64,000 bases of DNA from a virus (Duplodnaviria; Caudoviricetes), in IMG/VR virus record IMGVR_UViG_3300048579_000388, positions 1 through 64,000 of that record; one strand, 5' to 3'. Shown in pieces: positions 35,780 to 46,516 of this stretch (its first letter is position 1; the number at the start of each line of letters is the position of its first letter). A program made the translations under genes and the position numbers. Under the pieces are notes generated by a model. The model had not been told where the DNA came from and searched no databases. It saw only the letters and a list, made by a program, of their open reading frames with translations.

Positions 35780-37005
35780 GCACCGCTATTGACCTATTCA
35801 TCGAAGAAGCACGCGGCGTCTCGGTCACCGAGGCGGCGAAGATTGCGGGCTACAACCTCAAAGGCAAGAACTTTGCTGGGCCGTGCCCGGCCTGTGGCGG
35901 CGACGACCGTTTCTCGATCAGCGCACGGCACCAAGCGTGGAATTGCCGCGGTTGCGGCAAGGGCGGGCGCGACGGGATCGGGCTGATTGCTTTGGTGAAT
36001 GGATACGACCTGCATAGTCGCGCGGGGTTTCTGACTGCCTGCGCCGAGCTGACTGGCAAAGCGATCCCTGAGGGTGGCGAGGTGGAAACCGACGCTGACA
36101 AGAGGGACCGCGAGGCACGGCTGGCGGAGCGCAAGGCCGAGAATGCCAAGGCGGCAGCCAACCAGGCGCGGCAGGAAAATGAATGGCGAGACAAGGAGAT
36201 GGCCAAGGCGCGCGGGATCTATCTCCATGCGCCTGAGGATCCATGCGCTGACGTGGTCGAGTATCTGAGGCTCCGGACCGGGTTTGAGATGCATCCGGCG
36301 GTGTTCCTCTCCATCCGCGGTATCGAGCGTTGCACCTATTGGCACGGCAAGGACGATCGCGGCTATGAACAGGCCTGGCACACCGGCCCGGCCATGGTGG
36401 CGCCCTTCATCACCCTCGAGCGCAAGATCACGGGATGCCACCAGACATGGATCGACCTCGGCAATAAGGGCCGCAAATATCGGCCCGATCTCGGCGTCGA
36501 CGACAAGGGCAAGCCGCTTCCGCCAAAGAAGATGCGCGGCACGAAAAAGGGATCCCTGATCCCACTGTTCGGGCTGATGACGGCAGCGCGCTGGGTTGGG
36601 GGTGAGGGCATCGAGAACGGTCTCGCCATTGCCGGCAGCGAAGGGTTTCGCGAGGACAGTTTCTATTTCGCAGCCGGTGATCTCGGCAATCTCGCCGGGC
36701 CGCGCGACCCGGCCTCCGATTTCTTTCACCCTGAGCTCGTCAAGGAAGATGCGCGCGGTCGGATGCGGCGCGTGAAAGTCGAGGGGCCAGTCCCGCTCCC
36801 GGATCGGTCGGCCGATGACGCAATGCAGGTGCCCGAACACGTCACCGAGCTGATCCTGATCGGGGATGGAGACAGTGAGCCCGTGGCGACGGCCTCGAAG
36901 ATGCTGCGAGCGCAGACGCGGTTCTCGCGGCCGGGGCGGGATGTTTTCGAATGGCCGGCGCCGCCCGGCTTTGATTTTGCGGGACTGATGGCGGTCCGGG
37001 GATAG
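35776..37005 (+). CDS. Primase (P4 alpha-type Zn finger plus Toprim-like domain)
   Basis: GPCPACGGDDRF...WNCRGC; EGIENGL; LIGDGD. Confidence 0.85.
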   Translation: MSTAIDLFIEEARGVSVTEAAKIAGYNLKGKNFAGPCPACGGDDRFSISARHQAWNCRGCGKGGRDGIGLIALVNGYDLHSRAGFLTACAELTGKAIPEGGEVETDADKRDREARLAERKAENAKAAANQARQENEWRDKEMAKARGIYLHAPEDPCADVVEYLRLRTGFEMHPAVFLSIRGIERCTYWHGKDDRGYEQAWHTGPAMVAPFITLERKITGCHQTWIDLGNKGRKYRPDLGVDDKGKPLPPKKMRGTKKGSLIPLFGLMTAARWVGGEGIENGLAIAGSEGFREDSFYFAAGDLGNLAGPRDPASDFFHPELVKEDARGRMRRVKVEGPVPLPDRSADDAMQVPEHVTELILIGDGDSEPVATASKMLRAQTRFSRPGRDVFEWPAPPGFDFAGLMAVRG

Positions 37006-37009
37006 GGGA

Positions 37010-39028
37010 ATGGCAGACAAGAAGAAGACGCCCGAACTGCCTGAGGCGGTGCGGGCCAAGATTGCCGAGCGCGCGGCCGGCTTCATGCCCGTCGTCGAGC
37101 CGATCGCGGTCGAGGCGCCTGAGATCGAGGAACAGCGCCTCGAGCTCTCGCCGAAAGAGATTCTGGAGGAATGCGCTCGCGAACCGGAAACCGATATCGG
37201 CAATGCGAGGCGACTGCTGACCCGGTTCGGCGACAGCATCATGAGTGTCACGCGTGTTGGGTTCTTTGGCTATGACGGGCAGAAGTGGGTTGAAGACGAA
37301 TCCGGAGCCGTTGTGCGCCGCCTCGCCCATATCACCGCCGAATTCATTGACGAGGAGGCAATCCTACTCGATTGCCCGCCAGAGGAGCAGGCCGACATCG
37401 AGGCCGGGCGCCTTGCGCTCGAAGAGATGCGCGCCATGGGCAAGCCGCCGGCCGTCTCCAGCCAGATCGACGACGAACGCATGGCCGAGCTCGACGAGTT
37501 GATCGAGGATGGCAAGGATGCCGAAGTCGAGAAGGTCAAGCTCGGGCCGGCCAAGGCGGACTGGGACGACGGGCTCTTCGACCTGCTTCGCGGTGTGAAG
37601 GAGAGGATCAAGCTCGGCAAGGAAGCCGAACGGCAGAAGAAGAAGATGGTCGACGCAACGTCAGCGTGGACCGATGCCGATTACGTGAAATATGCCGAAC
37701 TCGAGGCCAGCGTCGAACGCATGGACGTCGCGCAGCGGGCGCGCGACGGCCGGATCTCGACCCGGCACACATTTGCCAAATCATCCGCCGGCACCAACCG
37801 CATCAACAATATGCTGGAGGAGGTGCGGCCCTATTGCTCGGTGAAGGTCGACGAGCTCAATCGCGAGACGCATGCGGTCAACACGCGATCGGGCACGCTC
37901 AGGTTCTTCACCGTGCAGCACGAAGGCAAGCGCGTCTGGCGCCTCAGGATGGATCCTCATCGCGCAATCGACAGGATCTCGAAAATGGCGGAAGTGGCTT
38001 TCGACCCGAAGGCGGTGTGCCCTCAATTCGAGCGTTTCTTGACCTTCATGCATCCGAATCCTGACATACGCTCATTCCTGCAGCGTTTTTTCGGCTATAG
38101 CCTGCTTGGGATCACGTCGGAGCAGATCCTGCTATTCTTCTATGGCGCGGGCAATAACGGCAAGTCGACACTGCTCAAGATCATTACCGATATTCTCGCC
38201 GATTATGCCGTCACCATGTCGATCGACAGCTTTGCCGGCGAGGGCAAGCGTGGAGGCGCCGAGGCGACGCCGGATCTCGCCCGCCTGCCATCCGCGCGTC
38301 TTGTGGTGGCTTCCGAACCGGAAGAGGGCGTGAAGCTCAAGGACGCACTGATTAAACTCCTGACCGGCGGCACCAAGATACCGGCGCGACGCCTGCATGA
38401 GGACTTCTTCGAGTTCCTGCCGGCCTTCAAGATGGTGATCGACGGCAACCACAAGCCGGTCATTCGCGACAATTCGGACGGCACGTGGCGGCGCGTCAAG
38501 CTGGTGCATTTCGCGATCCAGATCACCAAGGAGCAGATAGATCGCGGATTGCCCGCGAGGCTGATGACCGAGAGCGCAGGGATCTTCGCCTGGATGGTGC
38601 GTGGCGCTCTCGACTATCTCAACGAGGGCCTGAGGATCCCGCAGGCCGTGGAGCTCGCCACGGCGGCTTATCGCGAGGAAAGTGATCCCGTCGGTGCCTT
38701 CATCCGCAATGCCTGCCTGGTGACCGGGGAGGATAAGGATTGGGCCACGCCAGAGGAGCTGTTCAACGCCTACCTGGTCTATGCCAAGCGCGAGGGCCTG
38801 TTCCTCTTCAACGGCAACACCTTCTCTAAGCGTGTCGTCGAGCAGACGATGAAAGCATGGGAAGGGCCTGATGGGCATATGCATCAGTTCACGCGCAAGC
38901 GGAACAACGGCTCGCGCTACTGCGGCATCCTGATCCGCGATGAATATCGGCGGGGCCGGCAGGATGGTCCGCCCGATGACGACGACATGCCACCCGTGCC
39001 GAACTACGACGAGGAGTTCAATCCATGA
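37010..39028 (+). CDS. P4/D5-family SF3 primase-helicase
   Basis: FFYGAGNNGKSTLL, RLVVASE, IKLLTGG, GNHKP. Confidence 0.9.
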   Translation: MADKKKTPELPEAVRAKIAERAAGFMPVVEPIAVEAPEIEEQRLELSPKEILEECAREPETDIGNARRLLTRFGDSIMSVTRVGFFGYDGQKWVEDESGAVVRRLAHITAEFIDEEAILLDCPPEEQADIEAGRLALEEMRAMGKPPAVSSQIDDERMAELDELIEDGKDAEVEKVKLGPAKADWDDGLFDLLRGVKERIKLGKEAERQKKKMVDATSAWTDADYVKYAELEASVERMDVAQRARDGRISTRHTFAKSSAGTNRINNMLEEVRPYCSVKVDELNRETHAVNTRSGTLRFFTVQHEGKRVWRLRMDPHRAIDRISKMAEVAFDPKAVCPQFERFLTFMHPNPDIRSFLQRFFGYSLLGITSEQILLFFYGAGNNGKSTLLKIITDILADYAVTMSIDSFAGEGKRGGAEATPDLARLPSARLVVASEPEEGVKLKDALIKLLTGGTKIPARRLHEDFFEFLPAFKMVIDGNHKPVIRDNSDGTWRRVKLVHFAIQITKEQIDRGLPARLMTESAGIFAWMVRGALDYLNEGLRIPQAVELATAAYREESDPVGAFIRNACLVTGEDKDWATPEELFNAYLVYAKREGLFLFNGNTFSKRVVEQTMKAWEGPDGHMHQFTRKRNNGSRYCGILIRDEYRRGRQDGPPDDDDMPPVPNYDEEFNP

Positions 39029-39121
39029 TCCTCATCCGCGATTACCCGGACCCTTTGTCGGACGGGACGGGCAGCATTTGCCATTTGCGGCCCGTCCTGC
39101 CCACTTCAAGGGGTCCGGGGA

Positions 39122-39451
39122 ACGGACAGGACGGACAGGTGATGGCAGGCAGCACGGACAGGTCAGCGGGAACGGGAAGGCAAGAAAAGCGAATGAAATC
39201 AATGATAGCGGACAGGACGGACAGGACGGACAGGATATTGTCGCCTTACGCTACGCGCGTTGAAGAAGCGGTGAAGAAAAAATCTAGATCCGGCGGCTGA
39301 GAATTTTTTGAAACTTGGGGCGCAGCGCCATGGCGTAAGGCGCGACAACCTGTCCGTCCTGTCCGTCCTGTCCGTTGGCGTTGAATTTATTGAGAAATCA
39401 GGATGGCCGTCCTGTCCGTTGAGAATGGGGCTACGTGTCCGTCCTGTCCGT
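39122..39451. repeat. Iteron array, candidate replication origin
   Basis: Six ACGGACAGG-type 9-mers followed by six inverted copies around a central AT-richer tract. Confidence 0.7.
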
Positions 39452-39473
39452 TATGACACTCAGGGGAAGCACT

Positions 39474-40262
39474 ATGAGATTGATATCCATCGAAAACTTG
39501 CTGATTTGGGCATTCACTTCAGAACTTCCCAAGGTATGGGCGGGTGTGAGCGGTATTCCGGGGTTCAGCCCGAGCGATGTCATGGTTCAGATGATGGAAC
39601 TGGGAACCTCGATCGACAAAAGCCCCAACGGGTTTGGAGTAGTCTCGGGCTACATCTATGAGGGCGAGCCTCATCCGGATGCTCTGATCGTCGGGCAAGT
39701 CGTCAAGCAGCTCGCTGACCGGGATGGCTTCGAAGTCGGGGATGGTTGGAGACCTTTCCCAGAGTGGGAGGATCCCCATGGACTGATCTCAGCTCAAGTT
39801 GCCCAGGTCGTAGCGGCCGAAATAGGACGTGGCGGCAGGATGAATGGAAAGCAGGTCGTCAATCTGGTGACATCGGCGGCAATCATGAAACGAGGTCCGG
39901 ACTGGCGCGCTGAAGAGCCCAAGGCTATTGTCATGAAAGCGAACGGCCGGGACAGCAGTTGGTATATCAAGAAATCGAAGATCAACCGCCGCAGCGGCGT
40001 CCTGCAGGACTACGAAGAGGATGGCTTCGACCATAAGGCCAGGAGGCCGAAGCCAGGAGCATACCAAAAGTTCCGTCTCAATCGGGCGATCCGCGCCGAC
40101 ATTGTCGCGCGCCTTGAATGGCAAGTGTGGCAATCGGCGCTGGAGATCCTCGCCGAAGCGCTAAAAGGCCGACTCTCGGACCACGAAATCGCTCCCTTCC
40201 GACCAAACCGCGCGCCATGGCTTGCGTCTCAAAGAACAATTGAGACGCTAGACCGGGTCTAA
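39474..40262 (+). CDS. Hypothetical protein at the late-regulator position
   Basis: 262 aa between replication and late genes. Confidence 0.5.
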   Translation: MRLISIENLLIWAFTSELPKVWAGVSGIPGFSPSDVMVQMMELGTSIDKSPNGFGVVSGYIYEGEPHPDALIVGQVVKQLADRDGFEVGDGWRPFPEWEDPHGLISAQVAQVVAAEIGRGGRMNGKQVVNLVTSAAIMKRGPDWRAEEPKAIVMKANGRDSSWYIKKSKINRRSGVLQDYEEDGFDHKARRPKPGAYQKFRLNRAIRADIVARLEWQVWQSALEILAEALKGRLSDHEIAPFRPNRAPWLASQRTIETLDRV

Positions 40263-40382
40263 TTCTCGGCCTTTTGGGCATTTGACTGCGACTGATATTT
40301 GGCGCATCTTATGGACAGTGAAAAAGGTCAAACCAACCCGCTACCGGAAACGGCGGCGGGTTTCGCATTTCCGGGCGTCGTC

Positions 40383-40967
40383 ATGAGCATGTTGAGGCTG
40401 CGCTGGCAGGACATTTCCGGCCTGAAGCGCGTCGAAAATGCCATGGGACGGCTGTCGAGCGACGAGAAATACACCGTCTTCCGACGCGCCATCAATCACA
40501 CGGGCGATAAGGCCAAGACTGTCGTTATTCGCGAACTCGCGGCGCAGACAGGTCTGAAGCAAAAGGTCATCCGCAAGGCCGTCAAGGTCAAGCGCGCGAA
40601 CTTCGATGCGCTCGAATATGTGATGACCACGCGCGGTGGCGACGTTTCGTTGAAGTTCTTCGGCGCACGCGAGACCCGCAAGGGTGTGACCGCCGCACCA
40701 TTCGGCAATCGCCAGCTCTTCGCAGGCGCCTTCATGAAGGGCGGCCGCTTCCCCAACCGGGTGACGGCAAAGGGTTTGAACGGCCACGTCTATCGACGGG
40801 AAGGCAAGGGTCGCGGCCCGCTGGAGTTCGTGGACAGTGGCGTCATCATCCCGGCCGATATGGTCAAGGGCGCGACTGCCTCGGCCTTCTTCGACGTCGT
40901 CAACCGCGAGCTGCCCGCCCGCGTGATGCACGAGATCGGCTTCCTCGCCCCAGGCATCTTCGGATAG
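40383..40967 (+). CDS. Lambda gpZ-like minor tail protein
   Basis: RRAINHTGDKAKT...GLKQKVIRK...VYRREGKGR. Confidence 0.65.
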   Translation: MSMLRLRWQDISGLKRVENAMGRLSSDEKYTVFRRAINHTGDKAKTVVIRELAAQTGLKQKVIRKAVKVKRANFDALEYVMTTRGGDVSLKFFGARETRKGVTAAPFGNRQLFAGAFMKGGRFPNRVTAKGLNGHVYRREGKGRGPLEFVDSGVIIPADMVKGATASAFFDVVNRELPARVMHEIGFLAPGIFG

Positions 40968-41016
40968 GGGCGAGAGGGGCGTCGGGGAGGGGGTACCCAC
41001 CCCCCCCCGGGGGGGC

Positions 41017-41142
41017 AAGGGACCGTACCCCTCAATCGACCCACCACGGGCGGAGAAGCGCCCGGATTTCTTCCAGATTTAGACCCTCCAAAATTGGGTT
41101 GTCAGGGTTGTCAAGGTTGACAACTGAGGTTGTCAGGTTGTC
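41017..41142 (+). promoter_or_regulatory. cos site with GGTTGTCA repeats
   Basis: AAGGGACC...CCACGGGCGGAGAAGCGC, then four GGTTGTC(A) copies and one variant just before terS. Confidence 0.6.
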
Positions 41143-41145
41143 GCG

Positions 41146-41748
41146 ATGAACGATCCATCACTGATCATGTGGTCGGCGGTCGAGATCGCTGGCCGCGATG
41201 GTGTGTCGAAGCAGGCGGTGTCGAAACAGATCAAGGCTTTGCTCGATGCGAAGCCGGAAACGCCGGTGGAAGTCGACGGCCGCGGCCGCGTGATGAAGGT
41301 GAGCGTTGCGCACTACGACGAGTTTCGTCAGCGCTATGCGAACCCGCTGAAAGTGTCGGCGCCGCTAAGGCCGATCGAGGGTGATGCACCCAAGGCCCCA
41401 GAGACGTCGCCAGGCGACAGCCTCGAGGAGGCGCGGCGGCAGTCGGAATGGCTGAAGGTCGGCCGCGAGAAGATCAGGCACCAGGAAGAGCTGGGGCAGC
41501 TGGTGCGAAAGGACATGATCGCAGAGGCGGTGCGCGTCGCCGGTACCGAGATCAAGACGGTCATGGGGCGGTTGCAGAACCGGGCCGATGACATCGCGCT
41601 CGCGGTGTCGCGCGAGGGTGTCCATGGCGTCCGCGTCATGCTGCGAAAGATTGCTTTCGAACTCGGCAACGAGGTTTCCGACAAGCTCGGCGCGATTGCA
41701 GACGTTGCGCCAGCCACAGATGCGCTGATCGAGGATGGCGAGGAATGA
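41146..41748 (+). CDS. terS: Terminase small subunit
   Basis: N-terminal HTH (EIAGRDGVSKQAVSK); ELGQLV..D coiled coil; coupled to terL. Confidence 0.8.
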   Translation: MNDPSLIMWSAVEIAGRDGVSKQAVSKQIKALLDAKPETPVEVDGRGRVMKVSVAHYDEFRQRYANPLKVSAPLRPIEGDAPKAPETSPGDSLEEARRQSEWLKVGREKIRHQEELGQLVRKDMIAEAVRVAGTEIKTVMGRLQNRADDIALAVSREGVHGVRVMLRKIAFELGNEVSDKLGAIADVAPATDALIEDGEE

Positions 41749-43724
41749 ACGCACATCCCGGCGCGCTGCGCCTGGTGTCCGGTGGTCTTGCCGAAGCGAT
41801 CCGCCCGGTGCCGCCGCTGCCGTTCTCGTCATGGCTGGCGAAGAACATCATCCTCGTCGACGGGCCGCGTAAAGGCGAGCTGTGGTCGGCGGTCGATGCG
41901 CCATACCTAGTGGAGATTGCGGACTGCCTCGATCTCGAGCATCCCTGCAATCTGGTCACGGTACGCAAATCGCAGCAGACAGGGGTTTCAATCCTGGCGC
42001 TGGCATGGATGCTCTACATCGCCGAGACGGCGCCGGACAATGCACTCTATGGCGTGCCCGGCATCGACGCACTGCAGGACATCAATAGCGGCAAGATCCA
42101 GCCGCTGATCGACGAGTGGCAACGCCATTCGGGCAAGAGCGTGATCTACCCGGTCAAGGACCGGTCTGGCTCGGGTTCCACGACTTACGAGAAGCGGTTT
42201 GCCGGCGGCGCGATCTATCTCGCCAATGCCAACACCGTCATGGACCTGTCGGCCAAGACCTGCCGCTTCGGCGTTAAAGACGAAGTGTCGAAGTGGCAGC
42301 AGCTGCCGAATGGCGCCGATCCCGAAAACCTGTTCTTCGGCCGCTTCACCGCATTCCGTCGGCAGAAGACATATAAGATTTTCGAGTTGTCGACGCCCGA
42401 GCTCGACAGCGGTGACGCGCTCGGCGAGGGACCTGGTCATTGCCGAATCGACCGATCGTTTCGGCGGTCAGATCAGCGGTTCTGGCATATTCCTTGCGCC
42501 GAATGCGGCCGCGGGCTGGTTCAGAGCCACGAGTTGCTCGTCATCGATCGAAAGCAACCGTTCAAGACGCTGCTGCGCTGCCCGCATTGCACGCATCACA
42601 TCTCGGAAATGGAGCGGGTGCACGGTGTGCGGCTCGGGCGCTATGTCCGAACATTCGACGAGATCGACCGGCACCCGGGCTTCAATGTCGACGCCTTCAT
42701 GTCGCTGATGATGAGCTACGAGGCGATTGCCGAGGACTTCATCGCCTTCGAGGCCAAGGGAGAGGCCGGGGCCAAGGACTATCACAATCTCGTCCTGGCG
42801 CTGCCTTATGCGATGAAGGGCAATGCGCCGGATCATCAGAGACTGATGGAGCGGCGTGAGGCCTATCCATCGCACACGATCCCTGCCGGCGGGTTGATCT
42901 TTGTCGCCGGCGCCGACGTGCAGAGCTACGGCATCTATGTCGAGGGCGTCGCCTTTGCCGAGGACCGGCAAAGCTGGTGCGTCTTCGCCGAGTTCTTCGA
43001 GGGCGCGACGGACAATCCGCAGCAGGGGGCATGGAAGTCCTTCTCCGCCTTTGTCGATCAGGAATTTGTCGACGCGCATGGCGTCTTGCGCAAGCTCGAT
43101 GCCGTCGCAGTGGATAGCGGCTATCGCACCAACCAGGTGCTGGAATGGTGCCGCCGCCACCCTAACGCCTATGCGACCAAGGGCATGCCCGGGCGTGGCC
43201 AACCGGCGATCAGCGTGCCGAGCCGGAAATCTGTCAAGAAGGGCGGCAAGCGGCGGCGCTATGGTTCGGCGATGGCCTGGCCAGTCGGTACATGGTCGCT
43301 CAAGGCGGAGCTTTACGGCAACCTGCACAAGACCGGTCTGGCAGCCGGCGAGGAGCGTGACCCGCCCGGCTACTGCCATTTCCATCAGGGGCTCGGCGAG
43401 GAATATTTCCACCAGCTCACGGCCGAGTATTTCGAGGCCAAGCTCGTCAAGGGCAGGCTGAAGGAAGAATGGAAGAAGCGGCGCGAGCATAACCATTATC
43501 TCGACTGCAGGATCTACGCCATGGCGATGGCCGAGCATCTTGGCCTATCGCGGATGACGAGGGCGGAATGGGATCGGTTGCGCGAGCAGCATGAACCATC
43601 GCCGGTCGCTGATCTTCTGTCGCCGGCGCCGATCGTCGTCGCTGCCGAGGTTGCCGCAAAAACCGCCGTCGCCGTGGCGGTCAAGGAAACGCCACGCGAG
43701 AACAGGTGGAAGAAGCGGAAATGA
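41745..43724 (+). CDS. terL: Terminase large subunit (lambda GpA family)
   Basis: KSQQTGVS, KDEVSKW, LSTP, AGADVQ, NHYLDC. Confidence 0.93.
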   Translation: MNAHPGALRLVSGGLAEAIRPVPPLPFSSWLAKNIILVDGPRKGELWSAVDAPYLVEIADCLDLEHPCNLVTVRKSQQTGVSILALAWMLYIAETAPDNALYGVPGIDALQDINSGKIQPLIDEWQRHSGKSVIYPVKDRSGSGSTTYEKRFAGGAIYLANANTVMDLSAKTCRFGVKDEVSKWQQLPNGADPENLFFGRFTAFRRQKTYKIFELSTPELDSGDALGEGPGHCRIDRSFRRSDQRFWHIPCAECGRGLVQSHELLVIDRKQPFKTLLRCPHCTHHISEMERVHGVRLGRYVRTFDEIDRHPGFNVDAFMSLMMSYEAIAEDFIAFEAKGEAGAKDYHNLVLALPYAMKGNAPDHQRLMERREAYPSHTIPAGGLIFVAGADVQSYGIYVEGVAFAEDRQSWCVFAEFFEGATDNPQQGAWKSFSAFVDQEFVDAHGVLRKLDAVAVDSGYRTNQVLEWCRRHPNAYATKGMPGRGQPAISVPSRKSVKKGGKRRRYGSAMAWPVGTWSLKAELYGNLHKTGLAAGEERDPPGYCHFHQGLGEEYFHQLTAEYFEAKLVKGRLKEEWKKRREHNHYLDCRIYAMAMAEHLGLSRMTRAEWDRLREQHEPSPVADLLSPAPIVVAAEVAAKTAVAVAVKETPRENRWKKRK

Positions 43725-45325
43725 CGAAGCCGAGGGTGAGGGTGCAGGCGGGGCGCGCCGTGGCGGGTGTTGAACCCGTGCGGCCGCAGGCGTCCTATCT
43801 GCGCGATACACGCTCGGCGGTGATCGCGTCGCGGCCGGCGTCGTTGATGGCGCATCGGGACGAAGTCCGGCGGGTGTGGCGGCGGGTCGGGGCGCTCGCC
43901 ATGGATCTCATCCAGAATTCCGGGCGGCTGCGCGGCGTGGCGGACCAGATGATCGCCGACAGCTGCGGCGTCGAGCTCTTGATGAACTACCAGCCGAATC
44001 TGCAGCCGTTCGGCTATTCGCCCGAAGAGGCGAAGGCGTTCAAGAAGCTGGTGCGCGACCACTACCGTGTCTGGTGCTGGGACAAGCGCGAATGCCACGG
44101 CAAGGGCGACTGGACGATCCCGCAGCAGGCGGATCTGTCGATCCGCAACTGGCTCGCCTTTGGCGAGAGCGGCGGGGTAGTCGACTATATGAGCAGCGCC
44201 ACGAGGGCGCGCTACGGGATCAAGACCGGAACGAAGTATTCGGTGTTCTCGCCGACCCGCATCGTGCAGGACACGAGCGAGATGGAGGGGATGTTCCAGG
44301 GCGTCATCCGCGACCGGAACGGCCGGATCACGGCCTATCGCTGCGAGATGCGCGAGCGGGGGATCACACGCAAGGTCGACCTGCCGGCCTATGACCGGCA
44401 AGGTCGCCAGCTATTCGTGCATGTCTTCGATCCAATGTCGGCCGAGGACGAGCGCGGGATCTCGCCGCTGGCGGCGACGTTCCGCAAGTATCTGATGGGC
44501 GAGAATGTCGACGACGCAACAGCCCAGATGAAGTTCCTGCAGACGATGTATGCGATCACGCTGACATCGGAAGCGCCGAGCGCCGACGCCTTCGAAGGCC
44601 TTGAGGCACTGAAGGAGAATGCGAAGCAGGACGGCGACAAGATCGCTCAAGACTTCGTCGATTATTTCTCGGCGCAGCTCGATAAGGCGGCCGAAGGTGA
44701 GATCAAGGTCGGCAACGATCCCGGGATTTCGCACCTGGCGCCGGGTGAGAAGCTCAATTTCGAGCAGCTCAGCGTGCCTGGATCCGATTATACGAGCTTC
44801 CGGGCGGCGATCGACCGCGAGACGGCGCGGGCGCTCGGCGTCTCCTATGGCGGCTATACGCTCGATTTAGAGAATGCGAGCTATGCCTCGACGAACATGG
44901 AGAACGCCGTCGTCTATCCGATGGCCGTTCGCCGGACGGAGCGGATCGTTGCGCCGAACTACCTGGTGCCGTTCGCTAGCTGGCTCGACGAGGCGATCGG
45001 CGAGGGCCGGATCGCGTTCAAGGGCGGATACGACGTCTTCACGGCGAACCGCGAAGCGCTCACCTGGGCCAGCATGGTGCCGCCGCCGCGGCCTTCGGCT
45101 GACGACGAGAAGCGCGATCGGGCGGTGACCGAACGGGTGCTCAATGGCACGTCGACGCTCGAGGTCGAATGCGCCGCGCGCGGGCTCGACCCGGAAGAGG
45201 TCTTCGAAAGCCGCGTCATGTGGCACCAGAAGTATATCAAGGCCGGCGTGCCGAGCCCGTTCGACCGCAAGGCAGGATCGATGCCTTCGCAGGAGGGCAA
45301 GGACAACAAGGAGAAGGCGGCGTGA
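43721..45325 (+). CDS. Portal protein (lambda family)
   Basis: 534 aa after terL; LAPGEKLNF, ANYSS-like ASYAST motif. Confidence 0.88.
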   Translation: MTKPRVRVQAGRAVAGVEPVRPQASYLRDTRSAVIASRPASLMAHRDEVRRVWRRVGALAMDLIQNSGRLRGVADQMIADSCGVELLMNYQPNLQPFGYSPEEAKAFKKLVRDHYRVWCWDKRECHGKGDWTIPQQADLSIRNWLAFGESGGVVDYMSSATRARYGIKTGTKYSVFSPTRIVQDTSEMEGMFQGVIRDRNGRITAYRCEMRERGITRKVDLPAYDRQGRQLFVHVFDPMSAEDERGISPLAATFRKYLMGENVDDATAQMKFLQTMYAITLTSEAPSADAFEGLEALKENAKQDGDKIAQDFVDYFSAQLDKAAEGEIKVGNDPGISHLAPGEKLNFEQLSVPGSDYTSFRAAIDRETARALGVSYGGYTLDLENASYASTNMENAVVYPMAVRRTERIVAPNYLVPFASWLDEAIGEGRIAFKGGYDVFTANREALTWASMVPPPRPSADDEKRDRAVTERVLNGTSTLEVECAARGLDPEEVFESRVMWHQKYIKAGVPSPFDRKAGSMPSQEGKDNKEKAA

Positions 45326-45588
45326 GCACGGTGACCATAAACGGCGCCGCCGTCGACATGGACGATTCCTGCGCGCTCTATCAGGCGCTCTATGCCGTCA
45401 AGCTCAAGATCCTCTCCGGCGAGCATGTCGAGGAAATCTCGATCCAGTCGCCGGTCAGCCGCGAAATGATGCGGGTGAGTGCCGCCAACATGGCGCAGCT
45501 CGACAAGGAACTGCTGCGGCTTGGGGCCGCCTGCACAGCGAAAACGACGGGCAAGCGTGCCCGGTACCGCAAAGTCATGCGGTATTGA
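45322..45588 (+). CDS. gpW-like head completion protein
   Basis: 88 aa, GTG start overlapping the portal stop. Confidence 0.55.
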   Translation: MSTVTINGAAVDMDDSCALYQALYAVKLKILSGEHVEEISIQSPVSREMMRVSAANMAQLDKELLRLGAACTAKTTGKRARYRKVMRY

Positions 45589-45600
45589 CGAGGTAGATCG

Positions 45601-46512
45601 ATGTCCTTTGCCTATGGTCATATCGCACAGCGGCTGTTCGATACGCCGCTGATGTATGATCCGCGCAAGGCAGAAGCCTTTGTCGATGGGCTGGGCGGTC
45701 GCATTGCAGGATCTGATATCGTCGTGGCCAATCCTGGCGGCGCTGTCGACCACAGCACGAGCCGGCCATCGGCCGCCAAGCTCGGCGACAAACTGGCCAA
45801 GCTCTACGAGCGTTACGATGAAATGCCGTTCTATCTCGACGGCACGGTCGCGATCATTCCGATCGAAGGCAGCCTGGTCCACAAGGGCAGTTTCGTCGGC
45901 AAGTCGTCGGGCGTGACGTCTTACGAAGGGCTTCAGGCACAAATCAGCATCGCCAAGAAGTCGCCAAAGGTGCGCGGGGTCGTCTTTGAGGTCGACAGCT
46001 TCGGCGGCGAGGTGAGCGGCGGCTTCGAAACCGCGGCCGCCATTTCCGATCTGTCGAAGGCCAAGCCGACGATCGCTATCCTGACCGACTATGCGTATTC
46101 GGCCGCTTATCTGCTGGCCAGCCAGGCGCGGCAGATCATCGCGCCGAAATTCGGCGGGGCAGGGTCGATCGGCGTGATCATGATGCACGCTGACTATTCC
46201 CGCCAGATCGCCAATGCCGGTGTGTCCGTGACGATCATCCGGGCCGGCGGGCGCAAGGCCGAGGGCAACCCCTATGAGCCGCTGCCGTCGGATGTTGCTG
46301 AGCGGTGGCAGGCGCAGGTCGAGGCGATGCGGCAGGATTTTGCCGCTGTCGTCGGCAAGGGACGCGGTAGCCGGTTCACGGCAGCCAAGGCGCTCAAGAC
46401 CGAGGCCGAGGCCTATGACGCCAACGGTGCGCTGGCGCTCGGCCTGATCGATGCGATCGCCGATCCGGTCGCGGCTTACGATGCCTTCGTGACGGCTATC
46501 AATAGGACCTGA
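45601..46512 (+). CDS. S49-family capsid maturation protease
   Basis: VDSFGGEV, AYSAAYLLAS, GSIGVI, GLIDAI. Confidence 0.9.
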   Translation: MSFAYGHIAQRLFDTPLMYDPRKAEAFVDGLGGRIAGSDIVVANPGGAVDHSTSRPSAAKLGDKLAKLYERYDEMPFYLDGTVAIIPIEGSLVHKGSFVGKSSGVTSYEGLQAQISIAKKSPKVRGVVFEVDSFGGEVSGGFETAAAISDLSKAKPTIAILTDYAYSAAYLLASQARQIIAPKFGGAGSIGVIMMHADYSRQIANAGVSVTIIRAGGRKAEGNPYEPLPSDVAERWQAQVEAMRQDFAAVVGKGRGSRFTAAKALKTEAEAYDANGALALGLIDAIADPVAAYDAFVTAINRT

Positions 46513-46516
46513 GACC

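Noticed and set aside
39122-39451. CRISPR array
   Set aside because: 9-bp units, inverted halves, no unique spacers and no cas genes.
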